DNA of 61,612 nucleotides from a virus. Taxonomy: Duplodnaviria; Caudoviricetes. Location: positions 1 to 61,612 of the IMG/VR virus record IMGVR_UViG_3300045972_000408, one strand, 5' to 3'. Positions 28,096 to 37,779 of this stretch are shown here, piece by piece; positions within the stretch are counted from its first letter, which is position 1; every line of letters starts with the position of its first letter. Position numbers and translations under genes: made by a program. A model generated the notes under the pieces. That model worked only from the letters and a program-made list of their open reading frames with translations, ran no database searches and had not been told where the DNA came from.

Positions 28096-28131
28096 AAAAG
28101 CCCGCTCGGAAACGACGCGGGCTTTTGCTTT
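28096..28131 (+). terminator. Terminator-like hairpin ahead of late genes
   Basis: AAAAGCCCGC...GCGGGCTTTTGCTTT; TTGACA at 28045. Confidence 0.7.
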
Positions 28132-28136
28132 GGGGG

Positions 28137-28451
28137 ATGTGGGTGGGGCGGCTGAAGCAGCTCTCTCCGGCGGTTCGGGACGCGAATGTCTCGGTCGCGC
28201 GGGTCGCGCCCAAGGTGGCGGACGATTTCTATCTCTCCTCCGACTTCAAGGCATGGTCGCGGGCAGTCAAGGATCGAGCCGGCTGGAAATGCCAGGCCCC
28301 TGGGTGTAGCCGCGCTGGCGTCCGGATGTTCGCGGATCATATTGTCGAGGTGAAGGACGGTGGGGCGCGGCTCGACGTGAAGAACGGGCAATGCCTATGC
28401 GGGTCATGCCATTCGCTCAAGACAGCAGCGGAGCGAGCCTCAAGGCGGTAG
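28137..28451 (+). CDS. HNH endonuclease (packaging-associated)
   Basis: C...GC, DHI, N..CLC..CH..KT; precedes terminase. Confidence 0.9.
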   Translation: MWVGRLKQLSPAVRDANVSVARVAPKVADDFYLSSDFKAWSRAVKDRAGWKCQAPGCSRAGVRMFADHIVEVKDGGARLDVKNGQCLCGSCHSLKTAAERASRR

Positions 28452-28588
28452 TGGTCGAGAGGGGGTGGGGGTTTAAATCCTCACCAATTTCCGTCTCTGC
28501 AACCGCACCCATCCTCATGCGCGCAAAAAATTTTGGCTGGCTAGAGGTTTGATTAGGCGGCTTTGAAAAGCGGAAATCAAACATCGCC
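28452..28588. other. Putative cos/packaging region
   Basis: GGGGGTGGGGG-containing spacer between HNH and small terminase, usual cos position in HK97-like phages. Confidence 0.45.
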
Positions 28589-29206
28589 ATGACCGAGCCC
28601 GAAAACAAATCGCGGCGTGGCGGCAAACGCCCCGGCGCCGGGCGCAAGCCGAAAGGCTACGTCAAGCCCTCCGCCCTGTCCGATCTCAACCGCGCGGCGG
28701 CCATCGACACCGCGCCGCCCGACGAGATCGACGGCCTGGCGCAAGGCCATGCCCGCGACGTCATGTCCGCGCTGGTCAAGGTGCTGACCCACGGACGGAG
28801 CGAAGCGGCCAAGATTTCGGCGGCCAAGGAAATTCTCGACCGCGGCTACGGCAAGCCGACGGTGGATATCGGCGGCGACGCGGCCATGCTGCCCTTCATG
28901 ATGGCCCCGCAACCTTCCGCCGCGCCCTCGGTCCATTCGGAAATCCGCACCGAGGCGCGCAAATACGCCACGCTCGCCATCGAGGTGCTGCGCAAGATCG
29001 CCATTGACGGCGCATCCGAAAGCGCCATCGCATCGGCCGCCAAAGCCTTGCTCGATCGCGGCCTGGGCACGGTCGGCAAGGCCCGCATGCCGGAAGAGCA
29101 GCGCGACCGTCCGCTCGGCAAGAAGGAAGAACTGGCCAAGGCGGCGGAGATCGCGGCCAGCGGCCCCTTCGCTACGCCGACGCCGCCCCGACAAAGGTTT
29201 TCGTAA
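28589..29206 (+). CDS. Terminase small subunit
   Basis: GG.RPGAGRKP, duplicated AA..LLDRG.G module, GKKE tail; position. Confidence 0.8.
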   Translation: MTEPENKSRRGGKRPGAGRKPKGYVKPSALSDLNRAAAIDTAPPDEIDGLAQGHARDVMSALVKVLTHGRSEAAKISAAKEILDRGYGKPTVDIGGDAAMLPFMMAPQPSAAPSVHSEIRTEARKYATLAIEVLRKIAIDGASESAIASAAKALLDRGLGTVGKARMPEEQRDRPLGKKEELAKAAEIAASGPFATPTPPRQRFS

Positions 29207-30982
29207 ATGCCGCCAGTCTGGACCACGGCGATCCCGGACTGGCGCGAACGCCTGATCGAGCGCCGCCCGATCATCCCCTTCGCCCCGCTCTTTCCGCAAG
29301 AGGCGGACGCGGCGAGCGAAATCTTCAACGATCTTCCGGTCGTGGACGTCGCCGGCAAGCCGCGCTTCGGCGACATCGGCCGCCCCTGGGTGTTCGACTT
29401 CGTCCGCGCCGTCTTCGGCTCCTATGACGCCGAGGCCGGGCGCCGCCTGATCCAGTATTATTTCCTGCTGATCGCCAAGAAAAACGGCAAGTCCACGCTC
29501 GCCGCCGACATCATGGTGACGGCGCTGATCCGCAATTGGCGCGAGTCGGGCGAATTCTACATCCTCGCCCCGACCAAGGAAGTCGCCGACAACAGCTACA
29601 CGCCGGCCGCCGACACGGTGCGCGAGCATCCCGTCCTGCGCAGCATTTTAAAACCCTGCGCCGGGCGCGTGATCGAACACCGCAACACTGGCGCGACGCT
29701 CAAAGTGGTCGCGGCGGACAGCGAAACGGTCGGCGGCAAAAAGACCATCGGCCTGCTGGTCGACGAGCTGTGGCTGTTCGGCAAACGCGCCAATGCTGCG
29801 AACATGCTGCTCGAGGCCGAAGGCGGCCTGGCGTCGCGCCCCGAAGGTTTTTCGATCTACCTGTCCACCCATTCGGACGGCCCGCCGCAAGGCGTCTTCA
29901 AGGATAAGCTCGAAGAATTCCGCGCCATCCGCGACGGAAAGATCGACGATCCGAAAAAGCTTCCGGTCCTCTACGAATTCCCGGAGCCGCTGCTGAAGGA
30001 CGACGCCTTCGGCGAGCGCAAGCACTGGTATATCACCAACCCCAACCTGGGCGCCTCGGTCGATCCGGAATACATCGCCGGCAAGATCGCCGAGGCCCAG
30101 CGCGCCGGCAAAGCCCAGCTCGCGGGCGTCTACGCCAAGCATCTGAACGTCCAGATCGGCAACGGCCTGCGCGCCGATGGCTGGGCTGGCGCCGAGCTCT
30201 GGCCGCGCCGCGCCGAAAAGCTGACGCTCGAAGACATTCTCGACCGCTGCGAACTGGTGACGGTCGGCCTCGATGGCGGCGGCCTCGACGATCTGCTCGG
30301 CCTCGCCGTCATCGGCCGCGAGCGCGGAACCAAGCGCTGGCTCGCCTGGGGCAAGGGCCTCATCTCGACCATCGGCGTCGGGCGGCGCAAAGGCAACGCC
30401 GTCGATTATCTTGAGTTCAAGAAGGCCGGCGAACTCACGGTTTTCCGCTTCGACCTCGACATCGCCGACCTGTCCGCCGGCGATGACGATCTGCGCGAGC
30501 TGATCGACGACGCCCTGCCCCCGCAAAAAACGCCGGAAGGCTGGACGCCGGACGTCGCCGAGATCGTCGGCGTCATCAAGAATATTCACGAGCGCGGCCT
30601 GCTGGCGAAAGTCGGCGTGGACGCCATGGGCATCGGCACCATAGTCGATGCGCTCGCCAGCGTCGGCATCACGCAGGACGAAGAGCTGCTGTTCGGCGTC
30701 CGCCAGGGCATCGGCCTCATGGGCGCCTTCAAGACCGTCGAGCGCAAGCTCGCCGACGGCTCTTTCGCCCACGGTGGCGGCCCGCTGCTGTCATGGAGCG
30801 TCGGCAATCTGAAGCTGATCCAGACGCCCACGGCGGTCCGCGTCGCGCGCGAGGAAAGCGGCTTTGGGAAAGTCGACGTGGCCATGGCTTTGTTCAACGC
30901 CGCCGCACTGATGACCGCCAACCCAGAACTGCCGGACGCCTCAGTCTATACCGCCGATCGCGGGCTGGTCGTGTTCGGCTGA
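29207..30982 (+). CDS. Terminase large subunit
   Basis: AKKNGKS Walker A, LVDELW Walker B, GLDGGGLDD, KVD nuclease. Confidence 0.95.
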   Translation: MPPVWTTAIPDWRERLIERRPIIPFAPLFPQEADAASEIFNDLPVVDVAGKPRFGDIGRPWVFDFVRAVFGSYDAEAGRRLIQYYFLLIAKKNGKSTLAADIMVTALIRNWRESGEFYILAPTKEVADNSYTPAADTVREHPVLRSILKPCAGRVIEHRNTGATLKVVAADSETVGGKKTIGLLVDELWLFGKRANAANMLLEAEGGLASRPEGFSIYLSTHSDGPPQGVFKDKLEEFRAIRDGKIDDPKKLPVLYEFPEPLLKDDAFGERKHWYITNPNLGASVDPEYIAGKIAEAQRAGKAQLAGVYAKHLNVQIGNGLRADGWAGAELWPRRAEKLTLEDILDRCELVTVGLDGGGLDDLLGLAVIGRERGTKRWLAWGKGLISTIGVGRRKGNAVDYLEFKKAGELTVFRFDLDIADLSAGDDDLRELIDDALPPQKTPEGWTPDVAEIVGVIKNIHERGLLAKVGVDAMGIGTIVDALASVGITQDEELLFGVRQGIGLMGAFKTVERKLADGSFAHGGGPLLSWSVGNLKLIQTPTAVRVAREESGFGKVDVAMALFNAAALMTANPELPDASVYTADRGLVVFG

Positions 30983-31004
30983 ACTACAAAAGAGAGATTT
31001 GTTC

Positions 31005-31478
31005 ATGACGACGACGATTACGGTGCAGTCGCACAATTACCCCGCCCGCGTGCGGACCGTCGATAGATGGGAAGGCAACGTTCGCGCCGACGATCTTGTG
31101 CTTCGTCCCGAGGACGGGGTCCGGACGTTCCATTGCACCACGACCCGCACCATCGAAGTCGTCGATCTCGAATATGGCGAAAAGATCGCCGAACACGAAA
31201 AGCGCCTGGCCTTTGGCGCCGCCGTCGAAGCCCTGAAAGCTGGCCAGCGGGTCGCTCGCGCTGGCTGGAATGGCAAGGGCATGTTCCTGTTTCTGGTCAA
31301 CGGCTCGCGCTTCAAGGTGAACCGCGAGCCTTTGCTTTCCATTCTCGGCGAAGGAACCGAGGTCGATTATCACGCGCACATCGATTTGAAGACGGCGCAA
31401 GGCTATGTCGTTCCATGGCAGCCGTCGCAGGCCGATGTTCTCTCGAATGACTGGCAGATTGTTTCTGCCGTAGGATAA
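31005..31478 (+). CDS. DUF2829/Tad2-family anti-defence protein with extra N-terminal domain
   Basis: FG.A.EALK.G.RVAR.GWNGKGMF...VPW.PSQ.DVLS.DW. Confidence 0.88.
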   Translation: MTTTITVQSHNYPARVRTVDRWEGNVRADDLVLRPEDGVRTFHCTTTRTIEVVDLEYGEKIAEHEKRLAFGAAVEALKAGQRVARAGWNGKGMFLFLVNGSRFKVNREPLLSILGEGTEVDYHAHIDLKTAQGYVVPWQPSQADVLSNDWQIVSAVG

Positions 31479-31537
31479 CCCGCTCTCGAAAAGGGCCGTC
31501 GACCACGGATGAACTGGCGACGCCCAGCAGGTCAAGT

Positions 31538-31637
31538 TTCGAGCGGCGGAAGCTGTGAACCCCGCGGCGTCACGTTGGGGAGAGCGCGGAAGTCATCACG
31601 ACGCTGGAATGACACCTACACGCCCGGCCCGCTCGAA
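31538..31637 (+). ncRNA. Candidate structured RNA
   Basis: 9-bp closing stem TTCGAGCGG/CCGCTCGAA with internal hairpins. Confidence 0.35.
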
Positions 31638-31663
31638 TTCACACCATCCCCCAGCGAGGCGCG

Positions 31664-32938
31664 ATGTCCAAGCATAAGCGCCAGTCCAAATCGGGCCAGC
31701 CGAAAAAGAAAAGCTGCGACGTCTCCGGCGTCGCCAGCCACGCCTTTTCCGCCCATTCGATCAGCGGAATCGACGTCAACCCCGCCACCGCGCTCAGCGC
31801 CACGGCGGTGCTCGCCTGCTTCCAGATGCTATGCGAGGATTTCGCCAAACTTACGCCAGTCCTTTACCGCAAGGACAAGGACGGAGGCCGCATCCCGGCG
31901 GTCGATCACGAACTTTACGACCTGCTCTACAGGCCCAATTCGTACCAGAATTATTTCGAATGGGCGGAGATGAAGCAGTTTTGGTTGCTCGCCCGCGGCA
32001 ACGCCTATTCGGTTAAAATCCGCAACGCACGCGGCAAGATCATCGCCCTCATTCCCGTCTCTTCCGATTGGGTGGCGATGTGGGAGGCCCCGGACGGCGC
32101 CCTGTTCTACCGCGTCACGCCCAACGGCCTGCACATGCGGGCGATGCTCGCCGACGAGCCCTTCCTGATCCCAGCCGAAGACATGCTGCATATCAAGGGC
32201 TTCAGCATGAACGGCCTGCTCGGCGCGTCGCGCCTCGTGCTGGCGAAGGAAGCCATCGGCCTGTCGCTGGCCTATGAGCGCCAGGCGGCGCAATGGATGG
32301 GCCAGGGCGCGAGCGTCAACGGCGTGTTGACGACCGACAAGAGCCTGACGCCCGAAGCCGCCAAGCGCATGGCGCAAGACTGGCGCGATACGAAAAGCGG
32401 CCTGCAAAACGCCGGCAAGGTGTTGGTGCTCGAACAAGGCCTGAAATGGCAGAACACGGCGATGACGGCGGTGGACGCCGAATTCCTCGCCTCGCGCGGC
32501 TTTGGGGTTACGGAAATCGCGCGTGTCTGGCGCGTCCCCGCGCACATGATCGGCGACCTGTCGAAATCGACCAACAACAACATCACCCAGCAGGCGCAGG
32601 AATATATCAACCTGACGCTGTCGAGCTACACACAGCGCTGGGGCTGGAAACTCGACGTGGACTTCGGCCTTCGCGCGCAGGGCATTTTCCTCGAATACGA
32701 CCTGTCGATCCTGACCCGCGCCGACGTCACCCAGCGCTACGCCAATTACGCGCGAGGCATCGCGGGCGGGTTCCTGACCCCCAACGAAGCGCGCGTCGAC
32801 GATGGCAAGAACCCTGTCGCGGGTGGCGACAAACTCCTCCAGCCGTCCAACCTCGCCGCCGCTGGCTCGCAATCGACCGGCGGCGCGGCGGACGGCGGCG
32901 GCAGGCCGGAAGACGGCAGCGCTGAACAGAAACTCTGA
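31664..32938 (+). CDS. HK97-family portal protein
   Basis: RPN.YQ, GNAY, LHIK, LEQG, EIAR..RVP, TPNEAR. Confidence 0.95.
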   Translation: MSKHKRQSKSGQPKKKSCDVSGVASHAFSAHSISGIDVNPATALSATAVLACFQMLCEDFAKLTPVLYRKDKDGGRIPAVDHELYDLLYRPNSYQNYFEWAEMKQFWLLARGNAYSVKIRNARGKIIALIPVSSDWVAMWEAPDGALFYRVTPNGLHMRAMLADEPFLIPAEDMLHIKGFSMNGLLGASRLVLAKEAIGLSLAYERQAAQWMGQGASVNGVLTTDKSLTPEAAKRMAQDWRDTKSGLQNAGKVLVLEQGLKWQNTAMTAVDAEFLASRGFGVTEIARVWRVPAHMIGDLSKSTNNNITQQAQEYINLTLSSYTQRWGWKLDVDFGLRAQGIFLEYDLSILTRADVTQRYANYARGIAGGFLTPNEARVDDGKNPVAGGDKLLQPSNLAAAGSQSTGGAADGGGRPEDGSAEQKL

Positions 32939-32945
32939 GGCCCCT

Positions 32946-34064
32946 ATGCCCAAAATGATGATCGACATCGGCGATTTCCGCCCCGCCCATTTCCCCGACA
33001 AAACGAAGGCCCCCGCCGTCCGCGCCGCCACTGTCGGCGACGTCGTCGCCACGGCCGAAGACCGCACCTTCACCTTCGTCTTTTCGGACGAATCGGTGGA
33101 CCGCTACGGCGACGTGATTTTCGCGCGCGGCTGGGACCTGGCCAACTTCAACGCCAACCCCATCGCGCTCGCCGTCCACGATTCGAGCGCCATCGGCAGC
33201 GTCGTCGGAAAGGCCAAGAACGTCCGCGTCGAAGGGTCGCGCCTGATCGGCGACATCGAATTCATGAGCGGCGAGATCAACCCGCTCGCCGAAACCGTCT
33301 ATCAGATGGTCAAGGGCGGTTTTCTCAAGACCGTCAGCGTCGGCTTCCAGCCGATCGAATGGGAACTGGCGAAAGACAAGGCCAGACCGCAAGGCGTCAA
33401 TTTCAAGAAGCAGGAGCTTCTCGAAATCAGCATCGTGCCGATCCCGGCCAACGCCAACGCGCTGGTGCAGGCCAAGGCCGCGGGCATCGCCATCGAGCGT
33501 CTGGGCCTCAAGATCGAAGCGACCGAGGCCCCTGCCCCGGCGGCCGTCAATTATCGCGCGCTCGCGAAGTCCTATCGCAAGCGCGGCCTGTACGAACTCG
33601 CCAGCCTCTGCGACCTGCTCAACTACGCCGATTATGTCTGCCGCTGCGTCGAGCAGGAAGCCATCGACGAGGGAGACAACTCGCCGGTTCCGGCCCGCAT
33701 GCGCGCCTGGATCGACGAAGGCAACAAGATTATCGCCGTCATGGCGGCGGAAGAAACCTCGGAAAACATTCAGGGCGCGCAAGACCCCGCCGCGACCGAA
33801 GACCAGATGGAGCGCGCGGTCAGTCGCGCCCTCGAGGCCGCCGGCCTGATCAAGTCCGGCAAGGCGATCAGCGCGGCCAACGAAAAGCGGCTGCGCGCCG
33901 CGCACGAACACCTGACCGCCGCGACTGAATGCGTGATGGCGGTCGTGGAGCCCGCCGACGACGGTCACGATCCAGAGCCCGACGACGACGAAGCCCGCGC
34001 CCTGCGCGCTCGCAAAGCCGCCGCCCGCGCCCGCCAGCAGGTGTTTATCAACGAAGCCATGTAA
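32946..34064 (+). CDS. HK97 prohead protease with C-terminal extension
   Basis: DRYGD, NPIAL..H, SVGF, LLEISIV.IPAN. Confidence 0.92.
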   Translation: MPKMMIDIGDFRPAHFPDKTKAPAVRAATVGDVVATAEDRTFTFVFSDESVDRYGDVIFARGWDLANFNANPIALAVHDSSAIGSVVGKAKNVRVEGSRLIGDIEFMSGEINPLAETVYQMVKGGFLKTVSVGFQPIEWELAKDKARPQGVNFKKQELLEISIVPIPANANALVQAKAAGIAIERLGLKIEATEAPAPAAVNYRALAKSYRKRGLYELASLCDLLNYADYVCRCVEQEAIDEGDNSPVPARMRAWIDEGNKIIAVMAAEETSENIQGAQDPAATEDQMERAVSRALEAAGLIKSGKAISAANEKRLRAAHEHLTAATECVMAVVEPADDGHDPEPDDDEARALRARKAAARARQQVFINEAM

Positions 34065-34234
34065 TGCGCGCCAGACCATTTTCCCGACAATGGCAAAATG
34101 GTCGGCCTGAACCCCTTTCCGCCCACGGCGGATCGCCCACACAAATTGAGGCTTTGGGCAAGCCGCAACCGCAGCGTCGCGAGACGCCGCATCCCGGAAC
34201 GCCGTGAGGCGCCCCATCAGATGGAGCCTATTTC

Positions 34235-35635
34235 ATGTCTCTGAACGCGCTGCGTAAAAAGCTCGGCGAACTGACCGACAAGTTGAACACCCCCGCCGTC
34301 ATCGCCGACGCCAAAGCCTTCGATGCCGTCGAAGCCGAAATCACCACGCTCGAAGGCGAAATCGCCCGGGGCGAACGCGCCCAGTCGCGCAGCGCCGCCC
34401 TCGCCCGCCCTGTCGCGCCGGGCAATGGCGATCCGGCCTCGGCCGAAGCAGCCCTCGCCGGCCTGCGCACGGCCCCAACCGTCAGCTCGATGGCGCGCGA
34501 GCTGCGCGCCCATACCCGCCGCGAAGGCGAAAAGGCCGATTTCTCCGACGCGCTCAGCATCGCGCGCAAAAGCCTCGGCTTCACGCCCGACGCCTCGACC
34601 CAGTTCCGCACGCTGGGCGAGCAGCTTCAGTCGATCCAGCAGCATTACGCCAGCAAGGGAACGACCACGGACTCCCGCCTCGTCCGCGCCCCCACCGGCG
34701 CCGGCGATGTGGACCCCACCGGCGGCGGCTTCCTCGTCCAGGTCGATTTCGCGGCCTCCATTTTCATGCTCTCGCATGACATGGGCGAAATCATCCAGCG
34801 CGTGAACAAGATCCCGATCAGCGCCACCTCGAATGGCCTGAAAATTCCCGGCGTCGATGAAACCAGCCGCGCCAATGGCTCGCGCTGGGGCGGTGTTTCT
34901 TCCAAGTGGGCGGCGGAAGGCACCTCGGGCGACGAGTCCAAGCCGAAGTTCCGCCTGATCGAATTCGATCTGAAAAAGCTCATCTCCAAGATGACGATCA
35001 CGGACGAATTGCTGGCAGATTCGACCGCGCTGACGAGCATCGCCGCGCTGGCGTTCTCGGAAGAAATCACCTTTATGACCGAGGATGCGATCTGGGAAGG
35101 CACCGGCGCCGGCCAGCCGCTCGGCGTCATCAATTCCCCGGCGACGATCCAGGTCGCCAAGCAGAACGGGCAGGCGACCGGCACCATCGTCAAGGAAAAC
35201 ATCGACGCGATCTGGGCGCGCACTTGGGCGCGCTCGCGCAAGAACGCGATCTGGCTCTACAACCAGGACGCCGACCCGCAGCTCAACCAGCTCAATCAGG
35301 CGGTCGGCGCCGGCGGCCAGCTGGTCTATCTACCGCCCGGCGGCGTCGCCAATGCGCCCAATGCGACGCTCTACGGCCGCCCGATCATCGCGACCGAATA
35401 TAACGCCGCAGTCGGTTCGCCCGGCGATCTCGCGCTGGTCGACCTCAGCCAGTACACCATCGTCGACAAGGGCGGCGTCCAGATGGCGACCTCGATCCAC
35501 GTCGCCTTCGACACCGACGAGATGCGCTTCCGCATCACCTATCGCGTCGATGGCAAGCCGATGTGGTCGAAGCCGCTGACGCCGTTCAAGGGCGGCCTGA
35601 CCAAGAGCCCCTTCGTCACGCTGGCGCAGCGCTGA
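34235..35635 (+). CDS. HK97-fold major capsid protein
   Basis: GGFLV, W..EG, GTG.GQPLG, LYGRP, FR...R.DG. Confidence 0.95.
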   Translation: MSLNALRKKLGELTDKLNTPAVIADAKAFDAVEAEITTLEGEIARGERAQSRSAALARPVAPGNGDPASAEAALAGLRTAPTVSSMARELRAHTRREGEKADFSDALSIARKSLGFTPDASTQFRTLGEQLQSIQQHYASKGTTTDSRLVRAPTGAGDVDPTGGGFLVQVDFAASIFMLSHDMGEIIQRVNKIPISATSNGLKIPGVDETSRANGSRWGGVSSKWAAEGTSGDESKPKFRLIEFDLKKLISKMTITDELLADSTALTSIAALAFSEEITFMTEDAIWEGTGAGQPLGVINSPATIQVAKQNGQATGTIVKENIDAIWARTWARSRKNAIWLYNQDADPQLNQLNQAVGAGGQLVYLPPGGVANAPNATLYGRPIIATEYNAAVGSPGDLALVDLSQYTIVDKGGVQMATSIHVAFDTDEMRFRITYRVDGKPMWSKPLTPFKGGLTKSPFVTLAQR

Positions 35636-35643
35636 TGAGCAAG

Positions 35644-35702
35644 CCCCTCTCCCCGCATAGACCGTCGTAAGGCGCCCTATGCGGGGAAAGGCAGGGTGAG
35701 GG
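35644..35702. repeat. REP-like hairpin with nested insert
   Basis: CCCCTCTCCCCGC[ATAGACCGTCG...CCCTAT]GCGGGGAAAGGCAGGGTGAGGG. Confidence 0.6.
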
Positions 35703-35771
35703 CTGGATCAAAAAACCGCGCCCGCGCAGATTTCCCACCATTCGGCCGCGCACCGGCCCGGAGACTTTTCC

Positions 35772-36257
35772 ATGGCTAAACAGTATTCGCTTGTTCAATC
35801 TTTCCCGCCCATCGCGCTTCTGGCTCCCGCCGCCGACGCCGCCGGCCGCACCTCGCCCTATCGCAGCCTCATCAATGCCGAGAAGGCTTATGTCATCGCT
35901 CGCGTCAACCAGGGCAACGCCGCGACCGTCGCGTTTTCGATCAAGCAGGCGCAGGACGTTTCCGGCACGGGCGCCAAGGCCATTGCGGCTTCGGCGCCGA
36001 TCTGGCTCCAGGCCGACACCAGCGTCTCCGATGCCAATGTGGCGCAGACCGCCGGCGCGAGCTTCACGACGGACGCGACCACCAAGGACAAGATCGTCAT
36101 TTTCGAGATTTTGCCCGAACAGGTGCTGGACATCGCCAATGGCTACAAAACCATCGCCATCACCACGGGCGCGTCGAACGTCGCCAATATCACGGCGGCC
36201 GAGCTGATCGTGCTGCGCAATTATCAGGGCGATTCCTCCCCCACCACCTACGCCTGA
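35772..36257 (+). CDS. Putative head decoration protein
   Basis: GGAG RBS, beta-rich, follows capsid. Confidence 0.75.
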   Translation: MAKQYSLVQSFPPIALLAPAADAAGRTSPYRSLINAEKAYVIARVNQGNAATVAFSIKQAQDVSGTGAKAIAASAPIWLQADTSVSDANVAQTAGASFTTDATTKDKIVIFEILPEQVLDIANGYKTIAITTGASNVANITAAELIVLRNYQGDSSPTTYA

Positions 36258-36388
36258 TCCTTTCGCAGATCCGGCCTTCCCGCGCGCGTTCGGAACGCGC
36301 TGCGGGAGGGTTTGGCCGGCGCGCCGGGCTGCTGCCCCGGCGCTTTCGCCAAGCTCTGTCGCCAGCCCCATCCGCTTAGGAGAATTCC

Positions 36389-37153
36389 ATGCCCGTAACC
36401 AACATCAAATCCGAATGGCGCGGTGGCGTCCTGCATCATTTCGACGTGGCTACGCAGGAAACGACCGTGTCCGCGTCCGCCTTTCAGTTTTCCGATGATT
36501 TCATTGACGCCGGGGCCGGCATTCCGGCCGCTGGTTCCCCCGCGACCGGATACGCCTGGGTCAAGAAAATCACCGGCGCGGCGCCGCCGACCTTGGGTCA
36601 GGTCGCCAACGCCGCCGCCGGCGCTCTCGCGGCCGCGCTCACCGCGACGTCGGAGGCGCAGGAATCCTCGCTTTATTTCAATGACTCGCTTGGCGTCGAT
36701 GTCTCCAAGATCGGCCAGGCCGAATGGCGCGCCGCGCTTTCGGTCGCGCCCTCGGCGGCCGGCGTTCAGGCGTTCCTCGGAATCGGGTCGGCATGGGTCG
36801 TCGGTCCGCAGAACCTCGCGCGCTACGCAGGTTTCGGCTGGACCGCCAACGGCAATCTTCTGATCTGGTCGAAGGATGGAACCAACACCTATTCCATCGC
36901 CGCCGCGCAGATCGGCGGCGCGGCCATCGTCTCGGACACGAACCAGCACATCTTCAGGATCGACTGGACCAATACGCCGACAGACCTTGCTTTTTATTAT
37001 GACGGCAACCGCGTCAATACGGTCGGCTCGATTACCTGGGCGGGCGTCGGAGCCAACGCGATCCTTCAGCCATTCGCAACGGTCTACAAGCCGAGCGGCA
37101 CGGGCGTCGCCACGCTGACGATCGACAAGATCGACATTTTCAACACCCGGTGA
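36389..37153 (+). CDS. Putative virion structural protein (ConA-like)
   Basis: AGGAG RBS; F.DDF, FRID...FY.DG. Confidence 0.75.
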   Translation: MPVTNIKSEWRGGVLHHFDVATQETTVSASAFQFSDDFIDAGAGIPAAGSPATGYAWVKKITGAAPPTLGQVANAAAGALAAALTATSEAQESSLYFNDSLGVDVSKIGQAEWRAALSVAPSAAGVQAFLGIGSAWVVGPQNLARYAGFGWTANGNLLIWSKDGTNTYSIAAAQIGGAAIVSDTNQHIFRIDWTNTPTDLAFYYDGNRVNTVGSITWAGVGANAILQPFATVYKPSGTGVATLTIDKIDIFNTR

Positions 37154-37163
37154 GGATCGGCAA

Positions 37164-37364
37164 ATGAGCAATATCCCGAACGTCGGCGACACGGTCGCCA
37201 CAAGCGACGGCGCCGTCGGCGCGGTCTGGGGCGTCCTCCAGAATGAGAGCGGCGTCTTTGTCCAGTTCGCGGCCGGTGGAGCCTGGCGCGCCGTCGCTCC
37301 CGTGCCCGCTGCCGAGCCCGCTCCTGCTCCCGCCGAGCCGCCGACTGCCGAGCCGGTTCAATGA
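37164..37364 (+). CDS. Small hypothetical protein
   Basis: GAGG RBS, Pro/Ala tail. Confidence 0.6.
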   Translation: MSNIPNVGDTVATSDGAVGAVWGVLQNESGVFVQFAAGGAWRAVAPVPAAEPAPAPAEPPTAEPVQ

Positions 37365-37424
37365 TGAACGCATACCACCATAGGGCGATGGACGCCCGCG
37401 ACCCTCGCCCGAAGGAACTGAACC

Positions 37425-37778
37425 ATGGCCTCGCAAATGGGCGTGACGACGCTTCCGGTCACGATCGCGTCGGGACAATCGCTGTCCGGGCAAGTGGACA
37501 TCGGCCCCAACACGCTGGTGGGGATCGTGATTCCTGCGAGTTGGACCGCCGCCGGCCTGACGTTTCAGGCCAGTCCTGACGGCGGAACGACCTGGGCGGA
37601 ACTGACCACGTCCGCCGGGGCGGCTGTTTCCTTCACCGTCGCCGGCAGCCAGTTCATCGCCGTCGATCCGACCACCCTGCGCGGCGTCCTCAGCCTCAAG
37701 ATTCGCTCCGGTACACCGGGCGCTCCGGTCGTGCAAACCCCGGCCGCGGTGCTGACGCTCGTTCTCAAGGCGCTCTGA
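37425..37778 (+). CDS. Putative virion protein
   Basis: P..WTAA.LTFQAS.DG. Confidence 0.75.
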   Translation: MASQMGVTTLPVTIASGQSLSGQVDIGPNTLVGIVIPASWTAAGLTFQASPDGGTTWAELTTSAGAAVSFTVAGSQFIAVDPTTLRGVLSLKIRSGTPGAPVVQTPAAVLTLVLKAL

Positions 37779-37779
37779 C

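Noticed and set aside
31538-31637. Canonical tRNA gene
   Set aside because: No TTCGA T-loop, no 7-nt anticodon loop, no CCA; kept only as candidate structured RNA
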